64,000 bases of DNA from positions 1 to 64,000 of IMG/VR virus record IMGVR_UViG_3300017743_000002; one strand, 5' to 3'. The position numbers and the translations under genes were made by a program. Origin of the DNA: a virus. The notes beneath the pieces were generated by a model. That model was given only the letters and a program-made list of their open reading frames with translations, ran no database searches and was not told the DNA's origin. Numbering within the stretch: position 1 is the stretch's first letter; each line of letters opens with the position of its first letter. Positions 38,101 through 44,636 of the stretch are shown here, in pieces.

Positions 38101-40982
38101 CCAGATACCAAAGATGATGAGAATGGTAGAATATTACCAACTTTAACTCTTGAATATGTGTTATCAATTACCGCTGGAGCTTCTACTATTTCATTTACAA
38201 TTACTTTATCAATAAATGATTTAGCGTAAGAAATACCATCAACAGTTTCATTTAGTTGGTCTCCATTTACTTTCGAAGGAATTTCACCATAGTATAATCC
38301 AGCTCTAACTGATTTTTGATTACCACCATAATATAAATCAGTTGCAACTGCATCTACAATAAATCCAGTATCTCTTTTACATTTATCTCTTAGGTAAACT
38401 AAGTTAGGAAACTGAGTATCAATAAAGTTTACAGTTTCTTCTTGAATTAAACTTCTATTTTCAACAATTAAATCGTATGTTGATTGTATGATTGCTGATG
38501 CCGTTACGAATGTATCTTTAACAACTAATTTTTTAGATAAATCTCTTGCCCACTCTATACCATCTAATGTTGGTAATAGTTGTGTTGTTGTAGCAGTTGA
38601 TGGGTATAGGTAATAGAACTCACCAGCTATTCTACTTCGTTCATTACCACCATATCTTAAATCAGTTGAAACTGCATCTATAATATGTCCAACATCTCTT
38701 TTACATTTATCTTCATCATAATCAAAGTTTCTCCAAGAAGATGATACATAAGAAATTACCTGATTTTGTATAAATAATTTATTATTTGTTAATAAATCAT
38801 ATCCGTTTATAACATTTACAGATGGCTCTACATAGGTTACATCACCAATCACCCTTTCTGCTATTCCACCAGCATATCTAATAGCATCTAATGTTTGTTG
38901 TTTTTGTGATGATGTTGCTTCTGATGGATATAGGTAATAGAAATTTCCATTTAAAACGGATTCTTCATTACCACCATATAATAAGTCGTGAGCTGCACCA
39001 CTTACAATATACCCTAAATCTCTTTTACAAGTTGTTTCATTATAATCAAATGTACTCCAAGATGAAGAAAGATATGCTATTGTTTCTTCTTGAATAAATG
39101 ATAAATTACCTAATAATGCATTGTATCCATTTTGATAATCAATTGATGGATTTTCAAATGAAGAACTTTGAATAATACTAGGTGCATAATCTGGACCTAA
39201 TTCTAAAATTCTATAAACAGTTGCAAATGAAGAACTAATCTTATTTCTTACTTCTGCACTTGAAGAAATATCAGTAATAAATTGAGGTGTTTCAGTTATT
39301 TTTATATTACCAGCATTTGATGATGTAATTGGTGGTAATGGATTATCAGTATCATCCAGTCCAAACTCTACTATTCGTAAAACAGAATTATAATTTCTAT
39401 TAATTATATCAACTTCAGTTTGAGTTGTTGCATCTGAAGTTATATAAGGAGTTTCATTTCCAACTTTTACTAAACCATCTATATTATCTACTAAAGTATA
39501 ACTAGCAGTTGCTCTAGCTCCAATTTCTAACGTTTCTTTTACTTTATCAAATCTATCTTCGATTATTGCTAATTCAGTAGAGGTTGCTGATGTTGAACCT
39601 GTTATTTGATTTCCAAATGATACATTCCAAACCGAACCAGTGTTATATCCTCTTGTTGCTGATTTAGCTAATAAAGATGGAATATTACTTATACCACTTG
39701 ATACAATGTTTGAAACTAATCTATATTCTGATTTTGCCTGTTCTGCAACTTTATCAGATGAATTATTACTACTAAATTGTTGTAATTCATCAGTTACTTT
39801 GATACCATCATTTGTATTTGGTACAAATTCAGGTATTGCAGTTAACCCATCCTCAATTGTATCAATAATAATTGTATAACCATCTCTTACTCTATTAAAT
39901 GCTTCTAAGTTACCACCACTACCAGTAATAAACCTAGACCCACTAGCATACATACCAAAATCACCAAACGATGTGTTTGAGTTTAGAAGTACTGCTTGTC
40001 CACCATCTAATACCTTTACAGAATATGCTGAGAAGTTTGTAAAGAAGGATACCAACTGAATAAATCCTCTACCTACAACTTGACAACCCACACCATTAGG
40101 TGCGATTTGTGTATATGCATCCAATACCATTGAAGCAAGAGGTGAATCAGGATGGATTATATTTCCATCTACATTCAATCCACCACCACCAGCAGGAATA
40201 TCCTCATATGCTTCTAAGAATGAGTTCTCCTGATTCGAAATCATCGAACAGTTCTGAACATAAGGAGATGTTGTAATAAATGAGTTTGGTGCGAATGCAA
40301 TTGCGAAACCACTTCGAGAGTTATCTACTGATGGAAATACTCTCAATCCAGCAAATGTCATCTCTGAAAGGTAACATCCACTATTTACCCAAAATAAATC
40401 TTCGTTTTCGTTTTTAGCTACAATCTTAGTTACCCTTAAACCAGCTCCCCATACAGTTGTATTCTTTGGAAGTTCAATTGGGTTTTCTTCTAAGTAAGTT
40501 CCAGCAGATACTTCAATTGCAAAACCAGTAAATAAAGAACCAGTTGGTAACCCAAATCTACCATCATCTCCCGCAGTTGCTAATTCAGCAGCTCTTTTTA
40601 CAGTTCTTAATGGAAATTGTGGTGTTCTACCATCATTTGTATCATCACCAGAAGTTGAAGATACATAAATAGTAGCATCCATTGCTCCGAAATCTTCAGG
40701 TTTGATTCCACCAAATAATCTTGAATCTAACGATTCTAATGAAACGGATGATGTTAATTCTAATGCTTGGTCACCAACTACATTAAGAGGTCCATCAATA
40801 GTAAGTGAACCACTTAATTCAACTGAACCAGTTATAGTAGATTTTTCAGAAGGGTCTGAACCTAAAGTAAAACTTTGAGATACAAGTAAAGAGCCAGATA
40901 TAGATACACCTTGCGCAAAGGAGGTATCCCTAATAAAATCCTGTATCTCTTCTACCTGTTTTCTGGATATTAATCTTGCCAT
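23187..40982 (-). CDS. Giant repeat-containing virion protein (5931 aa): N-terminal pectin-lyase-like beta-helix, 17 CxRD helical repeats, 6 nested beta cassettes
   Basis: 'IYVS...GDDTNDG..P..PLRTVKRA' and 'SPYVQNCS' near the N-terminus; repeat families are visible in the translation; single 17.8-kb uninterrupted ORF. Confidence 0.9.
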   Translation of the reverse strand: MARLISRKQVEEIQDFIRDTSFAQGVSISGSLLVSQSFTLGSDPSEKSTITGSVELSGSLTIDGPLNVVGDQALELTSSVSLESLDSRLFGGIKPEDFGAMDATIYVSSTSGDDTNDGRTPQFPLRTVKRAAELATAGDDGRFGLPTGSLFTGFAIEVSAGTYLEENPIELPKNTTVWGAGLRVTKIVAKNENEDLFWVNSGCYLSEMTFAGLRVFPSVDNSRSGFAIAFAPNSFITTSPYVQNCSMISNQENSFLEAYEDIPAGGGGLNVDGNIIHPDSPLASMVLDAYTQIAPNGVGCQVVGRGFIQLVSFFTNFSAYSVKVLDGGQAVLLNSNTSFGDFGMYASGSRFITGSGGNLEAFNRVRDGYTIIIDTIEDGLTAIPEFVPNTNDGIKVTDELQQFSSNNSSDKVAEQAKSEYRLVSNIVSSGISNIPSLLAKSATRGYNTGSVWNVSFGNQITGSTSATSTELAIIEDRFDKVKETLEIGARATASYTLVDNIDGLVKVGNETPYITSDATTQTEVDIINRNYNSVLRIVEFGLDDTDNPLPPITSSNAGNIKITETPQFITDISSSAEVRNKISSSFATVYRILELGPDYAPSIIQSSSFENPSIDYQNGYNALLGNLSFIQEETIAYLSSSWSTFDYNETTCKRDLGYIVSGAAHDLLYGGNEESVLNGNFYYLYPSEATSSQKQQTLDAIRYAGGIAERVIGDVTYVEPSVNVINGYDLLTNNKLFIQNQVISYVSSSWRNFDYDEDKCKRDVGHIIDAVSTDLRYGGNERSRIAGEFYYLYPSTATTTQLLPTLDGIEWARDLSKKLVVKDTFVTASAIIQSTYDLIVENRSLIQEETVNFIDTQFPNLVYLRDKCKRDTGFIVDAVATDLYYGGNQKSVRAGLYYGEIPSKVNGDQLNETVDGISYAKSFIDKVIVNEIVEAPAVIDNTYSRVKVGNILPFSSSLVSGSETEKVKVSSSFGLVEDIIKQGEDSLLAAIAGNTPNLEWTLEEPKLVSSTTLITSSITASNSELSSISQSFEIVTTIIESGSSITSDIVVGFAPNGLPISQVGIPKNSYGDNLITTTIGTTLPNDIVEVSNVKDGIKFNNNSQYTSSISASTPISSEISESFRTVIDIVEYGISGSKEISGSANSSSYFEVVSLPNDSTAFYINDNQLKYFDGREGWRLGGEDTGSFLGSKKDPTLTLVRNEMYTFSVNDLGFEDININAPFLIKTKRTAGTTYDVYESIGLINNGITFGTITFTPLVDTPDTLFYVNPTNVSASGVINIVDSLPLSSEQEFVYVPTKGEFEKVVNTKNNIKVTDGVQYTSSLDASVSDRNIVSGGFSTVVGILKSGIDSYTPTTATYNPADGEFVMTISQHDLDVNDRIYLRPESFVFTCDMDGNRTEHKLPSVGQPAYNKQLTINSITDNTISVNVGKSGPNIEFNPTNASYDPLTGNFVATVGKHTLSVGEGIILSPEAFAFTCDMDNDQAVKSYPRVGIDPFAVRSIPITSVTDTTMTFNVGASGPNKYFTPTSASYNALTGDMIVTVGQHGLGVGRSVVLKDESFAFTCDQDSDATTHSYPRPGSDPYAGKSIEIKSVGNTQHTPTDAPYNASTGIVTLTIAGHGFSNGDYVKVDNGALIYTCVLDGNTVQKSYPRAGYDYPSGRWLEISNVTTNTFDINIGASSYKSAHTFVSATTGGIRRQTGTFTINVGDGGTASNSLHTFVSASSNAVKHEPQSVHTFVSASRKAIKHLPQSVHTFVRTNKDSVSTLPILTKNIEGLVKRSDATQFTSSLVGSETLISKLSSSFETVLDIIEFGTGSTPTTATYDPADGDFVMTIPNHKFRKTDSIYLKPESFTFTCEMDDNKTEHKLPSVGQPAYNTKLGIKSVTNNTVTVNVGKSGPNVQFNPTNASYDPATGEFVITTGTHTLSVGEGIILDTESFAFTCDMDNDQSVKSYPRLGIDPYAGRSMIITDVTNNTMTVNVGISGPNKYFTPSDVNYNALTGEMVLTVGQHGLGVSRSVVLENESFAFTCDQDGDSTTHSYPRSGSDPYAEQSIKIISVGTTSHTPTNAPYNPTTGIVTLTISNHGFSNNDYIKVDDGALTYTCVLDGNTTQKSYPRAGYDSPSGRWLQISNVTTNTFDINIGSSSYTGAHTFVSATTNGIKRQDGTFTINVGDGGSASGSIHTFVSASTNAVKHEPQSVHTFVSASYGAVKHLPQSVHTFVRTINDSVTVIPPQIDNTEEAIAVTTETQFTTSSISASAADIEFISGAFDIVTKIIEFGSGSYESSSLYGSEVTASSTVAAYNLLKSNIDFIKEETIAYLSSSWSTASYDEDKCMRDVAGIVSGAAEDLIHNVYSASIFNGKFYLEYPSQAQGSQLSQTIDGIRYASRVAQKIASNVTFSNPVQDRLDTQTIINNNKEFIKEEGIAFLSASWSDFDYPEETCKRDIVHILDASITDIVYGGNERTINAGIFYYKFPSEATGSQLFPTLDGIEYAGEVAQKVVSGAVFTPLSSDKVNAYNLVLENRDLIQNEVIEYVSSSWNAADYDDVKCKRDTGYIIDAAITDLLYGGNERSIIAGDFYYKYPSQAQGSQLDQTVDGIVHAQRLSDKVMSNTILVNPSVEREGLYQTIEQNRELVQAEVIAYISSSWVGFDYDEAKCSRDVGHILDAVSTDLRYGGNERSVIAGEYYYLYPSEATSVQKTQTIDGIVHAANLVQKLIQNVVLVQPSETKLSIWNTIRDNRTLIQKEVTEYIDYTFPFFTYNREKCRRDVGHILDGVATDFLWGGNQRSIKSGEFYYLFPSEATTVQKVETIEGIVYAKNLVRDIITQKTFTPTTATYDPSNGDFVVTISKHGLDVGDEICIRPESFVFTCTMDNNRTEHKLPSIGQPAYNNKLKVKSVTEDTITVDVGKSGPNVEFTPSSASYDPATGEFVITTGNHSLSIGEGIVLDTGSFAFTCDMDNNQSVKSYPRFGIDPFAGRSMIITDVTDTTMTVNVGVSAPNKLFTPTDVDYNALSGDMVVTVGQHGLGVGRSVVLENESFAFTCDQDGDTSVHSYPRLGSDPYAEQSIVINSVGTTSHTITNAPYDASTGDVTITITGHGFSNGDYIKLSDNSLTYTCILDGNSVEKSYPRPGYDYPSGRWLEISNVTTNTFDINIGSSSYTSAHTFVSATTNGLERQTGTFTINVGDGGSASGSIHTFVSASINAVKHLPQSVHTFVSASNGAVKHLPQAGHTFVRTQNNSISVLSQLITKTPSKVSNSDGNIKVTSFNSVSSSIALSGSYQTEVSESYDIVTGIIKTGIESFTPKTATYDPANGDFLMTVPKHNLHSGDSIYLKPESFVFTCDMDGNRTEHKLPSIGQPAYDNRLTIKSTTSDTITVNVGKSGPNVEYNPSTASYDPLTGEFVVTVASHSLSIGEGVVMSPESFAFTCDMDNDQSVKSYPRVGIDPYSVRSLPLTAVTDTTMTFNVGVSGPNKYFTPVSASYNSLSGDMTLTVTESFGLGVGRSVVLENESFAFTCDMDSNVTTHSYPRSGSDPYAEQSIKITSVGTTSHSVTDAPYDSATGDVTITIANHNFNNGDYIKLDDNSLTYTCVLDKNITTKSYPRPNYDYPSGRWLEISNVTTNTFDINIGSSPYVGSHTFVSATTNGLKRQDGTFTINVGDGGSASGSLHTFVSASNRAVKHEPQSVHTFVSASNGALKHLPQSAHTFIRTQRDSVSTLPILTENIEGLIKINDTSQFTSSLSGSEVESAFVTRSVGFINDIIRFGTDDTPFALAKWFDDTLDTPQQLTTGSYVTASGTYVTDTEFGIVSSSFGEIINIIENGTGSFTPTTATYDPSNGNFVVTIPNHTLDIGDEIYIRPESFTFTCTMDGNRTEHKLPSVGQPAYTNKLEITAKTTDTITVNVGASDPDIEWTPTNATYDPANGDFVITTGTHTLSVGEGIVLSTGSFAFTCDMDNNQSTKSYPRFGIDPFAGRSMKLTSVTSNTMTVNVGISGPNKYFTPTTASYDALSGDMTLTVTESFGLGVGRSVVLENESFAFTCDQDGDATTHSYPRSGSDPYAEQSIVITSVGTTSHTPTNAPYNSVTGVVTLTIANHGFSNGDYVKVADNALTYTCVLDDNTTTKSYPRPAYDYPSGRWLEISNVTTNTFNINIGASSYIGEHKFISAAANGIERQTGTFTINVGDGGSASGSLHTFVSASANAVKHEPQSLHTFVSASKGAVKHLPQAGHTFVRTENNSISILPKLVTNAENNIKVTSANQFTSSIVGSSIEINKVNTSVGIIENILQNGLGVKPNVVKNNSDVDNLIKVTDAVQFTSESFGDRLQQRLISSSIAIVTNIVKNGTGSLPTVVEYGAPSESPTTIAAYNLLKENIGFIQSESIAYLSSSWSTASYDESKCSRDIGGIISGAAEDMLYNANSASIFNGKFYYDFPSQAQGAQLQQTLDGINYAGRLAESIVRGYTFQTASAVVSGSYELIRNNREFIQNETIEFLSSSWDGFTYNEITCKRDITHIIDAVSTDLLYGGNERSVNAGDYYYRFPSAAISGGVPNENRQKDPTVTAIDYVQNIVTEIVSGAVFQTASNEVEFVYDTIRENREFLQAETVAFVNAKYPNFEYNELSCSRDTGFIIDAVATDLRYGGNQRALTAGEFYYRFPSEATGNQLDETTDALIYTKDLIEKLVNKETLFVQTGSLNTDNGIKVTSFSPATGSSITDVTIFNTISSSFAIVSDAIANGKADSTPTNATYDPSNGEFVLTIESHSYTEGEGIYLSPESFTFTCDMDNNKTEDKLPSVGQPAYNNELEILSKTNNTITVNVGASGPNVEFNPTTASYDPATGEFVMTVESHSLSIGEGIILDIESFAFTCDMDNNQSVKSYPRVGIDPFAGRSMKITDITDTTMTVNVGISGPNKFFTPSDVDYNALSGDMIVTVGQHGIGVGRSVVLENESFAFTCDQDGDTSVHSYPRSGSDPYAEQSIVITSVGTTSHTVTDAPYNASTGDVTITIANHNFSNGDYIKLDNNSLTYTCVLDGDTVEKSYPRAGIDYPNGRWLEISNVTTNTFDINIGSSSYTNTHTFVSATNDGLERQTGTFTINVGDGGSASGSVHTFVSASTNAVKHLPQSVHTFVSASNGAIKHLPQSVHTFVRTEQNSVSVVQPAFEYGSLLTGSDILTTYGLITESVPFIQNEVVEYISSSWIGFDYDDVKCRRDVGFIVNGVAEDLRYGIVSQSVVNAKFYYQFPSEANGTGSQAQQTIDGINYASQLTEQIVKGVTFDFPSAQISASVELIRNNREFIQSESISYLSSSWEGFDYVEATCMRDVGHILDAVSTDLLYGGNQRSKIAGEYYYKYPSSATSTQLEPTTTGIKYAGDVASKLVQNEIFVTASAERLAGNKVLLDNKEFIQNEVIAYISSSWSTFDYNEDKCKRDTGYILNGVATDFLYGGNERGRVNGEYYYLYPSDATVNYQTNPNGQLNQTIDGINYSARLAEKVLENTIFVSPTSEVSASAELLRNNRSFVQNETIEFISSSWSNVTYNEDKCRRDTGYIIDAAVTDLVYGGNERSRVAGLYYWRYPSRATKGGTPSEANQLDPTIDGIRFANGTSQNVVQNLEYINPSAEIKNGVQLLRDNTTFIQKETIAYLSSSWSEFEYNEVSCSRDLGYIIDAVATDLTYGGNARAVQAGTFYYYIPSIATTEQKPQTTDGIDFSKGLAEKIIKQQQLVFPFLLNKNGANALRAEKKVLQGKAISYTNAAFPTFDYNEEKCYRDTGFILDAIATDIIYGGNERSIRAAESYYNGVYGSAAVVINEQKKETAETNRYLRTQFQFAARQAPVEEFGSLIITTGHDFSYAGAGVTYKALPPNQGGDGVPDPDKEITEIGGGRVFFTSGNELGDFRIGGGLVIKQASGTLEGRTFSKSLFSLVTPFSLALQD
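23510..39130 (-). repeat. 17 helical repeats of about 85-95 aa (N...I..E......Y...KCxRDxGxIxDAVxxDLxYGGN) in 4 blocks
   Basis: Blocks: about 38200-39130 (3 copies), 32500-34085 (5), 26930-27885 (3) and 23510-25460 (6). Confidence 0.9.
25518..36930 (-). repeat. Six cassettes of about 1.24 kb (about 410 aa), each with four TPTxAxY...FTCxxD...HTFVSA domains
   Basis: Cassettes at about 35690-36930, 34290-35535, 31250-32490, 29828-31070, 28255-29498 and 25518-26760. DNA-level identity is visible (e.g. recurrent gggtcagaaccacttcttggataaga). Confidence 0.9.
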
Positions 40983-40986
40983 TCCT

Positions 40987-41472
40987 TTATTCTATTTCTA
41001 CTATTTTACCCTTAATTGTAAATGCGTTTGTTGGTACTTCCAACGGTACTCTTGTGATATCTTCATTAAATATCATTCTAATTTCTTTTGAACCACTAGC
41101 GTATTGACCTGATAATAATTCAGTTCCCTCACCATCATATAACTTTACATTATATTTAGTTCTATCTTGCTTTACTCCATAAAGAAATACATCTAAATAA
41201 TCAAATGCGTTATCTACTTGTAAATCTTCATATACAAATCTATATCCTTCTATATCTACTCTATCCAATAAATCACCATCATTGTTACCATCTTTAGAAC
41301 CTAAAAATAAAGTAAATAATTTTTGAGTAGCAGAATCCAAAGATGATGAGGTTGGAGTAAACTCATTGATAAACGTATCTTCTATTACTTCCAATACAAA
41401 ATTTTTGAAAGATTGTCTATCTCTCTTTTTTACTGTATTACCTGTGTATATGTTTGGAACCTTTCTACTCAT
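40987..41472 (-). CDS. Hypothetical virion protein (161 aa)
   Basis: Translationally coupled (TAATG overlap); C-terminal domain resembles those of the two upstream genes. Confidence 0.7.
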   Translation of the reverse strand: MSRKVPNIYTGNTVKKRDRQSFKNFVLEVIEDTFINEFTPTSSSLDSATQKLFTLFLGSKDGNNDGDLLDRVDIEGYRFVYEDLQVDNAFDYLDVFLYGVKQDRTKYNVKLYDGEGTELLSGQYASGSKEIRMIFNEDITRVPLEVPTNAFTIKGKIVEIE

Positions 41473-41876
41473 TAGTTAACTCTTTCAATATCACCTTTTA
41501 TAAATATCCTATCATCAGTAGAGAAAGACCAAGGGTCTCCATTTCTATCTTCTAATGGAAAGTTTTCTTTTTTCATTTTTACATAGAAATCATTTCCAAC
41601 TTGTTCGTAAACATAATCTTGACTTCTAACGAATAATTCACCTTGAGAGTCATCTGTTAATAAATACATAAAAACATCAAATCTTGCATGCGGTTTTCTT
41701 TTATCTTTTAATCTTGAATCTAAAGTTTTTATTCTCATATTTTCAACTTTAAAAATCCAATAAAGTGGATGATAAAATTCATATCTATCTCCACCATTTT
41801 TATCAGAAGGAACACCTGAAAATGTATTAGGTGCGTTTACCTCTTTTAGAATATTTTTTAAAGTAAATATGTTCAT
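41472..41876 (-). CDS. Hypothetical virion protein (134 aa)
   Basis: ATGA overlap with the gp15-like gene; shares the FDVF...Y...DD.I.IKG.I domain. Confidence 0.7.
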   Translation of the reverse strand: MNIFTLKNILKEVNAPNTFSGVPSDKNGGDRYEFYHPLYWIFKVENMRIKTLDSRLKDKRKPHARFDVFMYLLTDDSQGELFVRSQDYVYEQVGNDFYVKMKKENFPLEDRNGDPWSFSTDDRIFIKGDIERVN

Positions 41877-43003
41877 AATTCAATAAATTTACCAGTTACA
41901 GAAACTTCATCTTGAGAATCCAAAATGTATGTAATTTCACCACCACTTTCAAAAGCTTGAGTATTATCCAATTTAAATAATATTCTGTTTATACTACCAT
42001 CAAATGTATAAGTGTATGCATTTGGTGTTATAAACACTCCATTAATATAGATTCTAAACCAACCTTTAGTATCAAATGTACCTCTTAGTTCTTGTGGTAA
42101 AATAGGTAATTCAGAATTTTCTAAATAGAAATAAGAAAACTTATTTGTTACACCATCTGCTGTTTCATCAGGATATAAACTCTTATTAATATTTGCATCT
42201 TTAGAACCCCTAATTGCTACAAAATCTATAACGTTCTGATACTCATTATAAATATTAGGATTTGAGAATCTCATACCTGTTAAGTCAGTTTCTATACCCC
42301 ATACAACTTTTTTAGGAGTGAATGATTTTTTAACAGTTGGTTTCTCATCATATGTTTCTGGAAGTAGGTATGCATTAACTACCATTGTAAAGGAAGTTCT
42401 AATGATTCTTTCTGAACCTTCTCCTACTTCTTGTTGGTTATCAAATGAATCAATACGAGTTCTAAATTTGAATCCCTTTTCACTTCCCCAATACCTATCA
42501 GTTGCATATTGAAATGCTTCGACTATGGTATTCATATGTTCGGTAAATGATGTCCAAATCATTACCTCATAAGTTACAGTTACATAATCAGGTACTGAAA
42601 CTTCATATTGTTCAAATGCTTTTTGAGCATCTGGTTGTAATGAAAATCTTTCGTATCTATTCTTTTTAGAATATTTTCTATAAGCTGGTAATGTATTTAC
42701 ATCTTTAAATTGTGCTAAGTTTGTATCTCTTTCGATAGAGTTTCTTTTGAACATTACTAATGGAATCTGAATCTTACCTCTTTGGTCTCTCAGATATCCT
42801 TTTGCTCTAGCATTATTCCATCGTTCAGCATTACCATATAATAAAGGAACTTTAACTTGATTACCATGTTCTTCAACATCAGGTATCACAGTATCCACCA
42901 TATATTCAGCAATAGTAGTATCTACATCTAAAAGTTTAACACCTTTAGTGTACTCCTTATCTATACCTCTTTGTAATGCTCTATTTGTTTCTTTCTTATT
43001 CAT
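41873..43003 (-). CDS. gp15: T4 gp15-like tail terminator/sheath stabiliser with C-terminal extension
   Basis: 'VKVPLLYG..ERW', 'IQIPLVMFKR..IERD' and 'VPDYVTVTYEV.IWT...HMN.IVE'; follows the gp13- and gp14-like genes. Confidence 0.68.
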   Translation of the reverse strand: MNKKETNRALQRGIDKEYTKGVKLLDVDTTIAEYMVDTVIPDVEEHGNQVKVPLLYGNAERWNNARAKGYLRDQRGKIQIPLVMFKRNSIERDTNLAQFKDVNTLPAYRKYSKKNRYERFSLQPDAQKAFEQYEVSVPDYVTVTYEVMIWTSFTEHMNTIVEAFQYATDRYWGSEKGFKFRTRIDSFDNQQEVGEGSERIIRTSFTMVVNAYLLPETYDEKPTVKKSFTPKKVVWGIETDLTGMRFSNPNIYNEYQNVIDFVAIRGSKDANINKSLYPDETADGVTNKFSYFYLENSELPILPQELRGTFDTKGWFRIYINGVFITPNAYTYTFDGSINRILFKLDNTQAFESGGEITYILDSQDEVSVTGKFIEL

Positions 43004-43458
43004 TATATAACTCTCATTTCAGTTTGAATAGAACTTCTTCTTGTCATAAATGTTGATGCAATGATTGAGAATTTCTCTCCACTTTGTCCACCAATTAATT
43101 GGTCCTCTCTCACATTATCGATTTCAAAATATGCATCATTGTGTTTAATAATATCACCAATCTCTGGATAGAATCCTTTTCCTTTTAGAGTAACTCTATT
43201 AAATCTAAATTCTACGTTTTGTCCACTATCAGCACCAAATCCTTCATATGAAACCGAAGAATCATCTCTTTCAATTACAGCAGTACATTCAGTACCTTGA
43301 TAATAAGATTTGTTTAGGGATTCACCATAAAGGTTTGTTGATATATCTTCAATAGAGAGCTTGAATAGAACTACTGTTGTTTCAATCACAGCATCTACTA
43401 ATTCCTTTGAAATAGATTCAAAGAATCTTATATCTCTATCTAATGCGAATCTTGGCAT
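43003..43458 (-). CDS. gp14: Neck/head-completion protein, gp14-like
   Basis: 'NLYGES', 'FG' and 'YPEIGDII....YFEI..V' match the gp14 pattern; synteny. Confidence 0.7.
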   Translation of the reverse strand: MPRFALDRDIRFFESISKELVDAVIETTVVLFKLSIEDISTNLYGESLNKSYYQGTECTAVIERDDSSVSYEGFGADSGQNVEFRFNRVTLKGKGFYPEIGDIIKHNDAYFEIDNVREDQLIGGQSGEKFSIIASTFMTRRSSIQTEMRVI

Positions 43459-43459
43459 T

Positions 43460-44608
43460 TTATCCGGTGTATATCGTTAGTGGAACTTTTCGTAACATTT
43501 CTTGCTGATAATTAGATTCGTTATTTCTAATTTCAAACTGATTTTTTCTACTTAACTCTTCTAAGTTTTCTCTGAGTTGTTCAATCAAAGCATCTTTTTC
43601 AGTTTGAGCCTCAGCTCTTAATGCTGCTCCATCCAACGATATTTCGGAACCAGGAATAGGTACTGAACTATATTTTTCTCTGATTGCTCCTAATAGTTCT
43701 TTAGCTAGAGCAAGTGAATATTTTCTAATCCATTGTTTACCAACATCATTTATTTTACTATATGGAATAAAATCATAGCCAACATTTGAGTAGTCAGAAA
43801 CCACATCCGAAGTTACGTTTGTTGAGTTTTGAATAAATTCATTTCTAACAAAGTATTCAAACCATAATCTACCAGTAGTTGTTGGGATTGGGAAAATTTG
43901 TAATTTATTATTTACGATATTAAATGAGTGTGCTGATTTTCTGAACTGGTCATTAAATTCAATAGCTTGAATTCTTAATAAATCTTCATAAAGTGGCATC
44001 AATACAAATTGTGCTGCTGGTGAGAACGAACCAAATCCAAATTCATCAACTAAGTTAAGAGTTCCTTGTCCACTTACCGAGTAAGGGTCAAAGAATCTAT
44101 TAATTGCTGGAGTTGCTTCGTGAAATACTTTTACTACATCAATTCTATTAGAACTCTCACTTACGTTTGCCCATAAAGTATCTAAATCATAGTTTTGTTG
44201 TCCAGCTACTAAATCAATTGAACCTTTTTGAATATCGGTATTACCACCAACACCAGAAAGTGTACCATATGCATCTGAAATGGCTACTAAATCAGGTAAA
44301 TTTGAACCTTGAACTAATTGTCCACTGTAATTTGAACCCGTTGGGTTTCCTTTTAATGTATCTAAGTTATTTCTAATGTTAAACTGATTTACTTGCGAAG
44401 CATACTCTGAAGTAGCTTCTTCAAAACAAGCAAATAAACTTTCATCAACCAATTCTACATTTTGGACGGGGTATCCTAATCGTTTTGCACACCAATTAGC
44501 TACTTTTGGGGCATCTACTGCGAATATTGCATCCGAATCAAAAGTTCCAAATGGAGTATCCCCTACTGAGAATGATGATGAACCAGGGTATATGTATTCT
44601 ACTGCCAT
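43460..44608 (-). CDS. gp13: Neck/head-tail adaptor protein, gp13-like
   Basis: 'KRLGYPVQNVEL' and 'WIRKYSLALAKELLG.IR.KY..VPIPG..ISLDG..L..EA' are gp13 hallmarks. Confidence 0.85.
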   Translation of the reverse strand: MAVEYIYPGSSSFSVGDTPFGTFDSDAIFAVDAPKVANWCAKRLGYPVQNVELVDESLFACFEEATSEYASQVNQFNIRNNLDTLKGNPTGSNYSGQLVQGSNLPDLVAISDAYGTLSGVGGNTDIQKGSIDLVAGQQNYDLDTLWANVSESSNRIDVVKVFHEATPAINRFFDPYSVSGQGTLNLVDEFGFGSFSPAAQFVLMPLYEDLLRIQAIEFNDQFRKSAHSFNIVNNKLQIFPIPTTTGRLWFEYFVRNEFIQNSTNVTSDVVSDYSNVGYDFIPYSKINDVGKQWIRKYSLALAKELLGAIREKYSSVPIPGSEISLDGAALRAEAQTEKDALIEQLRENLEELSRKNQFEIRNNESNYQQEMLRKVPLTIYTG

Positions 44609-44636
44609 AAATTATTCCTCTCTTTAGTATCGTATC

